Source of the DNA: Chrysomallon squamiferum | Taxonomy: Eukaryota > Animalia > Mollusca | Direction: 5' to 3' | DNA: 64,000 nucleotides | Assembly: GCA_012295275.1 (NCBI GenBank) | Contig: CM022674.1 | Span: 5,580,001-5,644,000, forward strand | Shown: positions 28,217-41,600 of the stretch, one piece after another | How the letters are laid out: the number at the start of each line of letters is the position of its first letter | Numbering within the stretch: position 1 is the first letter of the stretch | Translations under genes and position numbers: made by a program | Notes under the pieces: generated by a model | The model's database searches: none | What the model was told of the DNA's origin: nothing | The model's input: the letters and a program-made list of their open reading frames with translations, nothing else

Positions 28217-31200
28217 AAAAAGAAAATATACCACTTACAAGCAAAACTTAATTAAATTCATTCTAAACTAAGCATGTCAGCACATAGCTTGAAAAAGCAT
28301 TTAAACCAAATTTTAAAACTACATTTTTTTTTTTTAAATGAATCTGTGTTGAGCAGAAGAATGAACAAGAAGGAAAAACACCTGACCAAAGAGCGGACAG
28401 ACAGACAGACAGACAGATGAACTCTGGAACAAAACAAAACAGCACTCTCTCTTACCGCCTTGTAACTTTCAAACTGAGATTTTAACTCTCCATATTCACT
28501 CTCCCAGTCCTCAACCTTTTTCTTGTACTGAATAACCTGCATCAGAAATATAAAGGGTTAAAATATGTAATCATGGTTACCTTGTACGTGCTGCTCTTCA
28601 CTTCATAGTCCTTGTTGCGCAGACTGTCTTCCAGTTCCTGGCATTTTTTCTTGTACTGGAGCAGCTGTAAAGAAAACTTTCATGATGACTTTTTAACTCG
28701 AAACTAAAAAAGTCCTGTAATATCATAATACTGATAAAGAAGATTCATCTTTCTTGTTTTGAGCTAGTTATGTCATATTTACTGACAAACTGTGAAAAAG
28801 ACAACAGTGGTCATCCATCCTCAAGGATTAATAGGCATCAGTGCAGGTATAGGACCTTTTCTTGCATTGACTGCATATCTTTTTAGTGCAGCTACTGGAC
28901 TATTTCCCATGACAGTTATATTTAACAAAGTCATGGAATATGCTTTAATGTCAATGGGAAAGTACATACAGAAGATCCCTTTCTGCTAAATAAAAAAAGA
29001 GTAACCTAATGTATGACAGTGCGTTGCAATTTTCATTATCTGTTTGGTCCTTAATCTTAATTATGTATGACATTATGTGTAAAATGAGACAGTAATTATA
29101 TATATATATATATATTCTTCACAAATAGTGAAGAGAAATAGCAAGAGAAATTAATCAAAATGGGCTAGTCTCTGTAACAAACAACATAATTGTTTTGTAC
29201 CTTTTTATGTGTGTTTCATGAAGAATAAAAGAAAAAGGGAATAAAATCAAAATGATAGCCTTCAGAAATTTATTACTTTTGTATCACATTTTGAAATTTC
29301 TTCAGAGAAGTATTTTATTTTAATACATTGTAAATTTCATTTTATGAAGATTAATTTTAGGATAAGGGTTTTATCTTACTTTGTTATTTGTTTTATTTTT
29401 TTAGTCAACATACATTTCTATACAATAAATGACACAAGAAACCTTATGGGTTACCTACTTTATTGTAATACTTTGGAGTAGTTCTTAGAGAATAGTTTTA
29501 TTTTACTTTATTCCTTTACATTTTCTTTACTTTATTATTAATTTTACTTCTTTTTTTTTTTGTTAAATTAAATTCAATTTCTTGGTAAGATGTTGTTTTT
29601 TGGGTGTTTTTTTTTTTTTATTCATTTGATTTTAAGTTTCCTTTTTTCTTAAATTTTTTTTATTATTTTTAATTTACTGAAGTTTCTTTTTTAAAAACAA
29701 CCTGAATATAATGTGGAGAAGCCTTCCTAATACACCAGCATGACTACACCACTTTCTAATTTGTTCTAATAACCAAAATTAACCTTATTAACTTTTCACT
29801 GGTCTTTTACAATCCCAGGTTATGGTCTTATTCAACAACAGTTCAAATTATAAACTATTCAACCTTTTTATTATATGGTCAAGAATATCAGATACTGTGA
29901 TATCCATTAAAATATGCAATTCCTGCTATATGCCTAGTGTTTTTTCTTATTATTATTTATATTTTGTTGTTATTGTTTTTAATGGATCATTTGTCAACTT
30001 GAGTAAGTATCAGCATCAAAAATATATAGCTTTTTCAAATTATTATTCCATGTAAGAGTATAATTAATAAATTTAGGAATCGATATCCTGATCAAACAAT
30101 GAAATCAGACCTCAGAACAAGGTAAGCAGAACCAAAAGCCTATTATCTGTAATATATAGAAACATTTATCTTAAAATAACAACATGTTAATATGACTTTA
30201 ACTTTACCAAAAATCTTTAATTAACAGTGTATCAAAGTATCAGTATTAAAATAACAAGATATCAAATATCCCTCTATTCGGTTTGTTACAAAAACAACAA
30301 CTTAAATTAACAGAATATCTAAGTATTTGTGTTAAATATCAATATACTGCTATACAATTTTCTCAAAAAAAAGTTGAAATAACAAAGCATCAGTATTAAA
30401 ACAAGATTTCAGGATATACCTCTATCCAACTTTCTCAAAAAACTTTAAAGAACACTATATACTAAAGCATCAGTATTAAAGCCCCAGTTTAACTACACCC
30501 TTCTAAAAGAAGAAATGCTGCATTACCTTTTGCTGTAATTTCTGTACTAGCTGAGCTTGTCTCTGTTGGCCATCTTGGTAAGCCTGCAGCTTTCTCTTGT
30601 AGCTGCTGTGTTCATCTTCCAGCTTCCTTCTCAGCTCTATGTTCTGCTGTACCAACGTCTTAGAGGTGACATCAACATCAGCAGATTCACCCTTCAGTGA
30701 TTGTTCCAACTGCAAAAAATAAAGAATACTAATAATAAAAAAACAATAATTTTTTTTAAAAAGGTCTTGTCGGTATTGGTGTATTCATCTTTTAGTGACT
30801 GTTCCAGCTGTCAAAATAATAATAATATTTTAAAAGTTTTTTCAAACATTAATGAAAATTTAGGATTACTGCAAGGCAAATTTGTATATGTAAAATGTTA
30901 TTGAGTGGATATCAAAATCATAGCTATGTACTGTCTGAAAGATTTTTCATCTTGCTAAGTAGGTTAATCATTATTATCATCATTATCATTATCATAATTA
31001 TGATCATCAACAAAAGCATTAATATCATTACCACTTCCTAGCTATTATGAATACAACTGGCCTTCCTTTTGGTTTACCAATTAAAATTAAGCCAAGCAGA
31101 CAAGCACGTAAAGAAAAATACACTCACTGTCAAATACGTAACATTCCATTAGGGAATAACAGTCTGTAGCTCACACTTAACCATTGAATTACATAAATAC

Positions 31201-31645
31201 CACACACTACTGAACTCTACAGAAATCAGAAAGGCTGTACTTTTATTATGCCATTGTGCTGAATAAATATATTAAGTAATTTGTCAAACCTTGAGGCATT
31301 GTGCATTAATATGTTATTGCAATATCAACAGCTTTTTGTTACTTGTCAAATGTACCATATAAATTACTTAACTTTGGTAATCAGCGGGGCATGCAATATG
31401 TCATTTATGTCACAGACATTATATGTATTTTGAAAGGCATGAAATTCAATATTTTACCTTCTGCAGATGAATAAAAGAAAAAAGTTTATTTGTTTTAGTA
31501 GTTAGATAATCTGTCTAATTATGCAAAAATACCAATTTGAAGTAAATACAAGCTGTGTTCACCTACACTGAAACATTAATTTCAGATATCAAACAGCCTT
31601 CAGACATACACACACCCTTCAGACATACACACACACATTCACAGT

Positions 31646-31743
<98 letters not shown>

Positions 31744-32579
31744 ACAGTAATAGGTAGAATAGGAATAAAAATAACAACTCCTTATGTTTTAAATTACATA
31801 GACTTGAAACTCATATTAAACTGAATTAACCAAAGGTAAATCTTATTACTTTTTATACTGTACGTGATAAAAATGTAATAAAATCAAATGACAGGTATTC
31901 TATATAGAAGTGTCAAAAAATAAAAACCTTTAAGATGAAACTTTGCATATTTGAATTTAATACCCCAACAAACTCAAAATTCTATTATCTGATATACAAA
32001 TGATATCATTTCAGTTTTCAAAAATATATATACTTTATTATGTATCTGTTATTATTAACAATTCCTTGAGCACATGACTACAAAAAAATAGGTGTTATAA
32101 TTTTTGTATTAGGTGACAGAAGATTTATTGTATATTGAAAACTGAATAAAATATTTTGTTATCACAACTGAAAAAAAAAAAAATGGAAAAAAAAGGAAAA
32201 AGGTATTGAATGTATCATTCATATATATAAGATGTTACCTATTACAGCTTAAATAAATAATTGAGTATTATTATAAATTTCTCTATTATTTTTTTTTTTT
32301 TGGCAAATGTAACTCACATACAAAACTATAACTGATAAAAAAGATATATTATTCATTTCAAGAATTCTATATAAAACAAAAATACAAAACATTTAATTAA
32401 TCGTAAACAAAAACAACAACAATAAAATAATAATAATAATCTGAATTAAATTAATAATAACAAAATTAAACAATAAAATCAGTAATTATTTTAAATGAAA
32501 CAATATTAACAATTATATTAATTTAATCAATTAAACAAAAAATTATATTAATTTTCCATCATGTTCGAAATATATACAT

Positions 32580-32621
<42 letters not shown>

Positions 32622-35600
32622 TTTTCTTTTATTCTTATTTTTTTTAAAAAAAAAAAAAAAAAATTTGGACATTATACAAAATTACTATAATTCATAAACA
32701 GACTAAATAATTTAATTAAACCAAACTTACTATAATCCATAAATAGACTAAATGATCTAATTAAAACAAACTTTTCCAATAACCCTCATTCTCCCTTTCA
32801 AGAAAAGAAAGAAAAAAACTCACAGAAAACATTGTCAGCTGTTCACATCAATGCAAAAGTCAAGATAACATCAGCAAGCACACAGACAAACAGACAGACT
32901 GACAGAAAAGAGCAAACATACATAAGTATTGTTATCAGTATATATACTGACTACCCGGTCACTATACAAAGCAGTATGCCTTCCCGGCATTTACATGGAC
33001 AAGACATAGCCTGCACAAAGAATGACATATCATATTGCCTGGGATACGACCACTATGGCTAATCCTGCTTGCCACTGTTTAGACAGATTAGGTGTGAGGT
33101 CCTGGTCAGATAGCTGTGTCTAATAGTATTTTGACATATGAAGTTATATGTAATGGTATTTTAATATATAAATGTTTACAGGTGTTGTCTGACCAAAATA
33201 TTTGACACAGTTCAGATATCTATTATTTTTGAAGTGGCAAAACATAGTTAAATGATTTTACACACAAAAACACACATATTTATTCAAACATACAAATCTT
33301 AGTCATTTAGGACAAGCTCTATGTTAATGATTTGAGAAGGAGACTAAATTTTTTTTCCCATTTCTGGCCTGATTATCATTAATGGTTTATCCACAGAAAG
33401 ATTCACATAAAGCATCCCTTGAATTATATCATAAATGTAACCTGTACAATAAATGTAACAAGTTATTCTTATTAACATCATGTTACAGAGAAAAATAATA
33501 TCTAAAATCCAAATAACCATTAACAGTAATAATTTGTGATGTGTTGTTATTGGAAAAATATTAAAGGTTAAAAAAGACACACACCCCCACCCAACAATTA
33601 CGACTATTTGTCGACACCATGGCTGTACAGACACAGAGAAAAAAGACACTTGTTTCCCACTGATCTCTCATTTGTCGTGCACTCACAACAGATCAATAAT
33701 GAACAAATCAATTGATTCGATAATGATAACTGATGGGTTAGGTGCCAAACATAAAAGTGGACTAATTAGATACGTGTACATGAAGACAATGAGTCGGTGG
33801 AAACAATACGGACAACGTGATCTGTGACCGGCAAGATTTCCAGAGAACACATTTACAATAGTGGCTAGGAAATCACCAAGGCGGCAAGACAATGCCTATA
33901 TGTAAATAAATGATATATGAAATTAATTGTCTTTAAAACGACAATGCAGACACATTTGCGACAAGCACTTGTTGGTTTTAGAAATTCTATAATATTGCTG
34001 GCAGCTCAAGTGAGTTTATACAATGACCTTTGTGACAATACACCTAAATGGTTAGAAATGAGCGTCTGTCACAAAAGAACCAGTCTGTGGAAATTCTTGT
34101 GTGGTAACACAATTAAATTGCCAAATTGGTTCATGTCAGTTTAGCCTCTAAAATGTCCTCTTTATGGAAATATAGAAGTTAAAATAATGGCAAGATAAAA
34201 CAAAACAATACTGGTGATGTTATTTACTTATTATTATCTGATTTTTACTTTTGTTTGTTTAATATGGACCATCATGTTAGAGAAGTGCTTATAAAAATGT
34301 TTCTGTTTGCAAATTTTTTTTAGGGCAGAGTTTTAATTTATTCTGTTGTTATAAATATGATTATTTATTCAGCTCCTATGTTTATTTAAAAATGAATGGA
34401 AACCTCTATGTTTGATATTATTTAACAACAAATAATATCATATAACATTAATATACAGAATGTTATTACATAGCTGTCACAATATCGTATGAATGGATAA
34501 AAGTGAATGACATTAATACTTCAAAACAAAACATAATTAATATGTAAATGTGTTAAAAAATAAATTGAAGAACAAAAAGACATATCCACAAAAATTCTTT
34601 GGACAGAAAATGCCTCTGATTTGTAACACTAATCATTATGACTAAAACTACCTAAATTAATGTTCACTGGGTGTTTCATACATATGAAATAAAGTATAAA
34701 GTAGTGAACTCAAACAAAAGAAGGAATACTACAACTCACAAGAATGAACTTCAACCCATTTTCATTGCAAAATTATTGTTGTCACAGTTACATCACTCAC
34801 CTGAATCACTCGGCTCATTACAAATCCAGGTGCAAAGTGCTGAAATTCTGGATTTATTTTTTCATCACTGACAACACTGTCACCTTCCAACTGTTCTAAA
34901 AGTTTTTCTGACTCTTCCTTTGTTTCTGGTGAGTCTTGCAGTTCATTTTCTGACACTTCCTTTATTTCTGGTGAGTCTTGCAGTTTATTTTCTGACACTT
35001 CCTTTATTTCTAGTAAGTCTTGCAGTTCATTTTCTGACACTTCCTTTGTTTCTAGTAAGTCTTGCAGTTCATTTTCTGACACTTCCTTTATTTCTAGTGA
35101 GTCTTGCAGTTCATTTTCTGACACTTCCTTTATTTCTAGTGAGTCATGCAGTTCATTTTCTGACTCTTCCTTTATTTCTAGTGAGTCTTCCAGTTCATTT
35201 TCTGACTCTTCCTTTATTTCTAGTGAGTCTTCCAGTTCATTTTCTGACTCTTCCTTTATTTCTAGTGAGTCTTGCTGTTCATTTTCTGACTCTTCCTTTA
35301 TTTCTAGTGAGTCTTGCTGTTCATTTTCTGACACTTCCTTTATTTCTAGTGAGTCTTGCTGTTCATTTTCTGACTCAACTAACTCAGCCCCGTCATCTTT
35401 CTCAATACTTTCTATTGGCTCAAAGTTTTCCTTCCCACTAGACTCAGACTTCTTTTCTGAGTCACTTTTCTTTTTTTCTGAAGTCTGTGTGTCTGCCGAC
35501 AGACTGAGAAGCTCAGACAAAAAAGTATCTTTCGAATCCTCAGAGCTAGCCATGTTTGGAAGAAAGAAAAGGTGCTTTTCTTCTTCTTTTTTTCTTTCTT

Positions 35601-38600
35601 TTTCTCTCTGTTTATGTTTTCAACCTGTTTTCGGAAATTTATAGATATGTATGTGTGTGTATATGTGAAACTAATATATGATCAAAAAGAAAACAAAAGA
35701 GCAATTGTACTACACCATTCTGAAGCTGACTGGCATTAAACATTAAACGTTGACAGAGTTGTAGTTGGCAACAATACCAAAGACTTGATATAAATCTCAG
35801 ACAGTGTCCCACAGCCAGTTTTATTTTATCACATGTTGCATGAACATGAACACATACTAAAGGTCACACGCATGACAAATTTTGATAAAAATCAACACCT
35901 CACAAGTAGTACCTTAATTTACAACATAACTGCACCATTTGAAACAATATATTCAAACTCATCGCTAACAGTTTTACTGTGATTTTATTTAAAATTTATT
36001 TATTTATTCATTTTATTTTATTTACTTATTTATTTATTAATTTTATTTTATTTTATTTTATTTTATTTACTTATTTATTTATTCATTTTATTTGTTTTAT
36101 TTTTATTACTTATTTATTTATTCATTGCTTATCATTTCATCTATAAGAAAACACTGTTTAGTAAATTTTTAATAATATATTTTGAAGTGTGAAATTCTAC
36201 CTCTTGAAAGAAAAGGCCTCTGCAGATTGATATTCTGTTTCTGTCTCCTTTTAAAATTAAAATAATATGATTCAAATTTAGTATTAAGTTTATTTTCTTA
36301 TCCTGATGACACTAGAACTGATTATGTTTGGCTAGTTACATTTCATTTGCTTTTTAAACATCAAATTTAACCAGCTTAGTTTCACATCATTTTTCGTAGA
36401 TTTTTGTATCATTTCTAGGGTTCTTAGAATGTATTAAACAATAATTTTTTTTTATAACTTAAAACTTCTCATTTCTTGTTATCATCATAAACATTATCAA
36501 GAATCATTAATTTAGTTTCATTTGTTCTTTTCTTTTCTGCAGTATGGTTTTCTTATTTCTTAAGATTATAATTTATTTAATAAAGTATGGTAGATTGCTA
36601 TGAATTATTAATATGAAAAAACAAAGATTTTTTTTTTTTTTATTTTTTTTTTGTTTGGCAAATATCAGATAAAACAGGTTAAAGACTGTTTTCTATCTTT
36701 GATCTTAAGCCTAGACCTGCAAAACAATCAATCAAGTTCAGTTCAGGTGAACAGCTTTTCAGGATATCTATTCAACCATGGAAGAACCTTTTGGAACTAT
36801 ATTTAAAGTTCTGCATGTACAATGAACATTATGGTTAACAAGCGATTTTAAAATTTTCAATATTTCATACCTATCCTTTTTCATATCAGTATATACTTGA
36901 AAATATGAATTAATAATAAATAGAATCCAAGGATAAAGTCAAAATAGTTTAACTACTAAGGATGAATGGTTCAAAACATTCAGAGAGAAATGTATATGTG
37001 TGTGTTTATTCAGAATTCACAGACACACATATAAACTATTAATTACTAAATTGCTTGTACAGTCCAAAAAGAAAATTGCAAACTAATTAAATTTAACTTA
37101 ATTCTATTAAATATATTAATATATTATGAAAAATATCTGTATGTCCAGTAAACTGTTTTTTAAACAAATTGCAATTTATTTTTTGATATTTTTGAATTTT
37201 TAATTATGTACAATGTACCTTTTTAACTTTACCATAATAAACAACTGAAATTGAACCAGTAACACTATATCACATAAATATTTATGATTATCAGCATGAT
37301 CAATTGATTATCAAATACATTTATTAAGCAAACATAAACAAGATACAAGATAATACAATTTTCAAAAGACAAAATGATATTTACAGTGAAAAATAAATTT
37401 AGCAATGTTAAAAAAATCAATGATATATCCCATAGATACCATTAACTTTTAATATTCACAAGCAGAAAATACAAAATATTGAATATACCAAATAGGTTGT
37501 CCGTGTCTTTCTACCAATGTGTCTGTGTGATGTATTATGTATGTATGTATGAACATGCAGAAACAGCATATACATACATACATATGTATATCAGACATAC
37601 ATATATAGTTATCTATATATATATATATATATATATATAAATATACACATACATAAATACATACACACACACAAACACACCTTCAATGTTCATATCATTT
37701 TATTACCTATATAACATTCCAACATCTCTAACTGCAAATGTGATAAAAGAAATTATAATAGCCAGAAATTCCTTCCATATTTCATCCAAAGAAAACAACT
37801 TAATATCTCCAACTCACCAAAGATTAATCTGAAAATCAACTTCACTGATCTGACCAAACTTCTTTTAATGACATTTTACCATTCTTCCAATGCCTATCCT
37901 TCCTCTTACTCTATCTCTTTTTAATCTTGTGAAACAATATAATTCACATCACAAAACACAACACTAACTTCCATGTAATACTCCCACACACACATGCAAA
38001 CACACACACAGGGTATATCTTCTTCAAACTGCAATCTTCCTCTATCATGAGCAATCTGATTTTATAGTGCTGATAAGAAAACCAATTGCCTGATTTTGAA
38101 TGTCACACAGTACCATTACAAGCTGTCACGTCCAACACTCACAAATCCATTACCAATGATTTGCTACCTTATTGTAAAGCTTGTAACTCACACCCTGGTT
38201 TGCTCCATAGATCCTTAAAACAAACATGGACTATTTGTATTTATAATCAGTCAGGACTTTAATATCTTCCTACTATTCCATTCTGACAAGAAATTTTGAC
38301 AACAACAAAAAAAAATAGCATACCTGTAATCAGTCCACACACATACACACACACACACACACATATATATTATAAACAAATGAACAAAAACTGTTGAATC
38401 CAAAACTATCAAAAGTATTTCCAAGAAAAGTTAAACTACTGATTACTATACCACTATTCTGCTATCAATTAACTGTGCTAGTCAAGAAATAGGACTGTCA
38501 GACATAATTGTGGATGCAAATTAAATATCAACTGTACAGAAACAATTCTCTGATATCAACTGATATATACACAAGACTGACAATGTCTTTCTGTGGGTCT

Positions 38601-41600
38601 CCAAAAGGACAGGTCTGTCAGTTCAGATTTCACTAAGATAAGGACAGGTTCGTGGCAGTTTAAGAAGGATTTACAGGTTTCAAGGATCTAAATGCTGTAA
38701 CACTTCATTTCTTCTGATCCATAAAGTCATCTGTTATCTCTCCAACAGAAAAAGAATGGCTATAACACAGCATGCAGTAAAGAATTGCTTTATCTTCCAA
38801 AGAAGAAAAAGATGCCTATGACTGTGTGCTAAAGATATTTGTTTACAAAGATATTAAACTTCCAAAGAAGAAAAGTATCTCTAAGATAATAACACAATTG
38901 TGCAGAAAACATTTACAACTTTATTCCCTAAACAAGAAAAAGCATACATTAATCAATGAGTTGTAAGTATGTATTATCATCTGTTGAAGAAAATAACTGT
39001 GTTGTTCTGTGTTCTTCAAAAGATAAAAGAAAAGCATTTGTCTTCAATAGATGGGAAAACATTTTATTTAGTTATTGAAAGAATCTGAAAAACACCTCTA
39101 TAAATGACTTCATACATGTTGTTAATGGACATCCAGACTCAAAACTCTACTGAAATTTTTGTTTCGTTTCATGTTATTGTTTTAATTCTTCTTTTTCTTG
39201 AGTAGCAATAAGGAATCTTTGTAATGACAAAATATTCTCTAGAATCTATTATAAAAAAGTCATGGAATATTACTTGAAACTAGAAATAGACACTGACCCA
39301 TCAAGCTTCATTTGGGGGGAATCTAATTATCTAAAAAGTTATGGCAGTGTCATTATTTTGATATCATAACAAAAAAAAAAAAAAAAGGATTTATCTGATG
39401 ATTTCAAGTTGTTTAAGTAGAAGTCAGGTGAAAATTAAAACTAAGATATTTTACAAAATGATAAATAATATTCTGTATCAGTCATAGTCAAAGAGCCTGT
39501 ATGCTTTATATTGTAAAACAAATATTTATTTAAAGACACCTAACTCAACACTTTCTCATATTAATGATTAATGGGGTATTACAATTTTGTTGTGATGTGA
39601 TTTAAAGACATCCTTAACTTTTGACAACTTTTGTCAATTAGCAGAATGGGATTCTATTACATACACTTTTCCTTGGACAGGATTGACTCTAGGTTTAACC
39701 TTTCATAATTTTATGATTTGACGTTACTTTTAAAGTTCATAAACATTATCAGTGTCTGTTTAGCCAAAGTTAGCTAGAATAACAAAAACAAAATGGTTCT
39801 ATAAGCTATTTTTATTTCATTTCATTGCATTAATGCTTTAAATCTTTTATTCTTTTGTAGGTTAATCTTTGACAGAAACAAAAATAAATCCATTAAGAAA
39901 GTCTCTATTGATGATATTATCCCATCTGTGACAGTAAAAAGGTAAACGTCAATGCTTTGTCAATTGAGACAGAGAAAAACGAACTCAAACACGTATACTA
40001 TATTTATCACAACTGAATGGCACTTGTATTTTCAATACCTCATAGACATTTGTCATAAACATTGCAAATGTAAACAGGTCTTATCACAAGTTTACTTACA
40101 CAAGATAACGTATCAAGAGATTTATTTGTGTATGTCTGATTCTCCAGGCAGATATGAATACGCCATGGATAATCAAATCATAAAGGAAGAAACGTGACAT
40201 ATCTGATTTTAAATACAGTATTCAGAATCACTGTCAGTAATGATTAATACATTTGTATCAATTGTTTTATATGTAAGTTATTGCAATTCTAAACAAAATA
40301 AATGACAGTATTTCAGATTGAGTGCATCTTTGTATGTTTGGATGCAAGTAATATGACTGTCTTTTTTTTTCTTCCCTCCCAGTGTTTGTGCAAGTCGGTA
40401 TATAAAACTATAAATCAAAAATGTGTATTCACGTATCTGTGAGAGTGTAGTTTACATTTGTCTATTACCATACAAGCAAACTTTGGTGGAGCTGCTGTTA
40501 TCCTTACAACTGAATGAATTAACTGCATGACAACAAGTTATAATAATATTCTTTGGTGAAACATATTTATGTTTATTATAATGATTCAGACCAGGTTTAG
40601 CCAGATATTTAAACTAACAGTATCTTTGATGAAAGAGCAGTATTAAATAGTAACTGCATATATCCCACATATCTACACAAATCTAACTTTTAGCTTAAAA
40701 TTAATATATATACTCCAGTACAAGCTTTCACATACGTTTAATACTTAGGAACCTAAAGTTGTTAATATTTAAAAATATTTCTAGAAAAAATTTATGAAAA
40801 AGACTTTTTTTTTGCACTGAAAAAATATCTAGTTTTACATTAACAGTAACAATAAATTTCACAAATTTTAAAAGTACATAACGTTCAGTTACTTGGAGTA
40901 TCAAATACAATCAGTCAGCTCTGAGAAATTGTTTAGAAGATATTTATACTTGTAAGTAAGAAGGAAAATCAGCTTATATTGATAATGTACATATTTATTT
41001 CAAGAAAGAAAAACCCCCAGACGTTTTCAAGGATATTAAGCAGAAAGAATGGCCATTTTATATTTATTTCACCTTTTGTTATGTACCGCTACAGCTTAGG
41101 TAACTCTGACTTTATGTTTACCTATGTACAAATGTATTCCAAAGAGTTAAAAGTCTTTATGTCATTTCCAACAGACAAAAAAAAAAATGGCTGATCTGTA
41201 TTTTTCTGATGTATTACAGACCACCTCCTAGTGACATATCGATTACCTGTTTACAACCGTTTTATATTGTTCAAGTTATTTATACATCAATTATCAACTT
41301 CCTTGTGAAAATATTTTTTTACCAGAATACAAGATTCTAAAATTGCATGGACAGAGTTATGGGTGAAATTCTATTTACTGTTATTTTTGTGAATGAAGAT
41401 TTGTTTCACAAAAAGATTTTTTTTTTTTTTATATATAACAAATTTACTGTTATTTTAGAGAAAGATTCTACTTTGAAAGCAACAAAAGAAAAGGTTTCTT
41501 CTTATCCTGATTAAAGTATTAAGGGTTACCATAGAAATATAGTTATAAAATGCAGAATTTATTTGTAGAAGAGATGAAATATAATTCAAGAAAAAATAAA

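Noticed and set aside
34920-35441. 173-aa hydrophobic plus-strand ORF (LFLVSLAVHFLTLP repeats)
   Set aside because: It is the antisense shadow of the acidic repeat, with no ATG start and no splice support.
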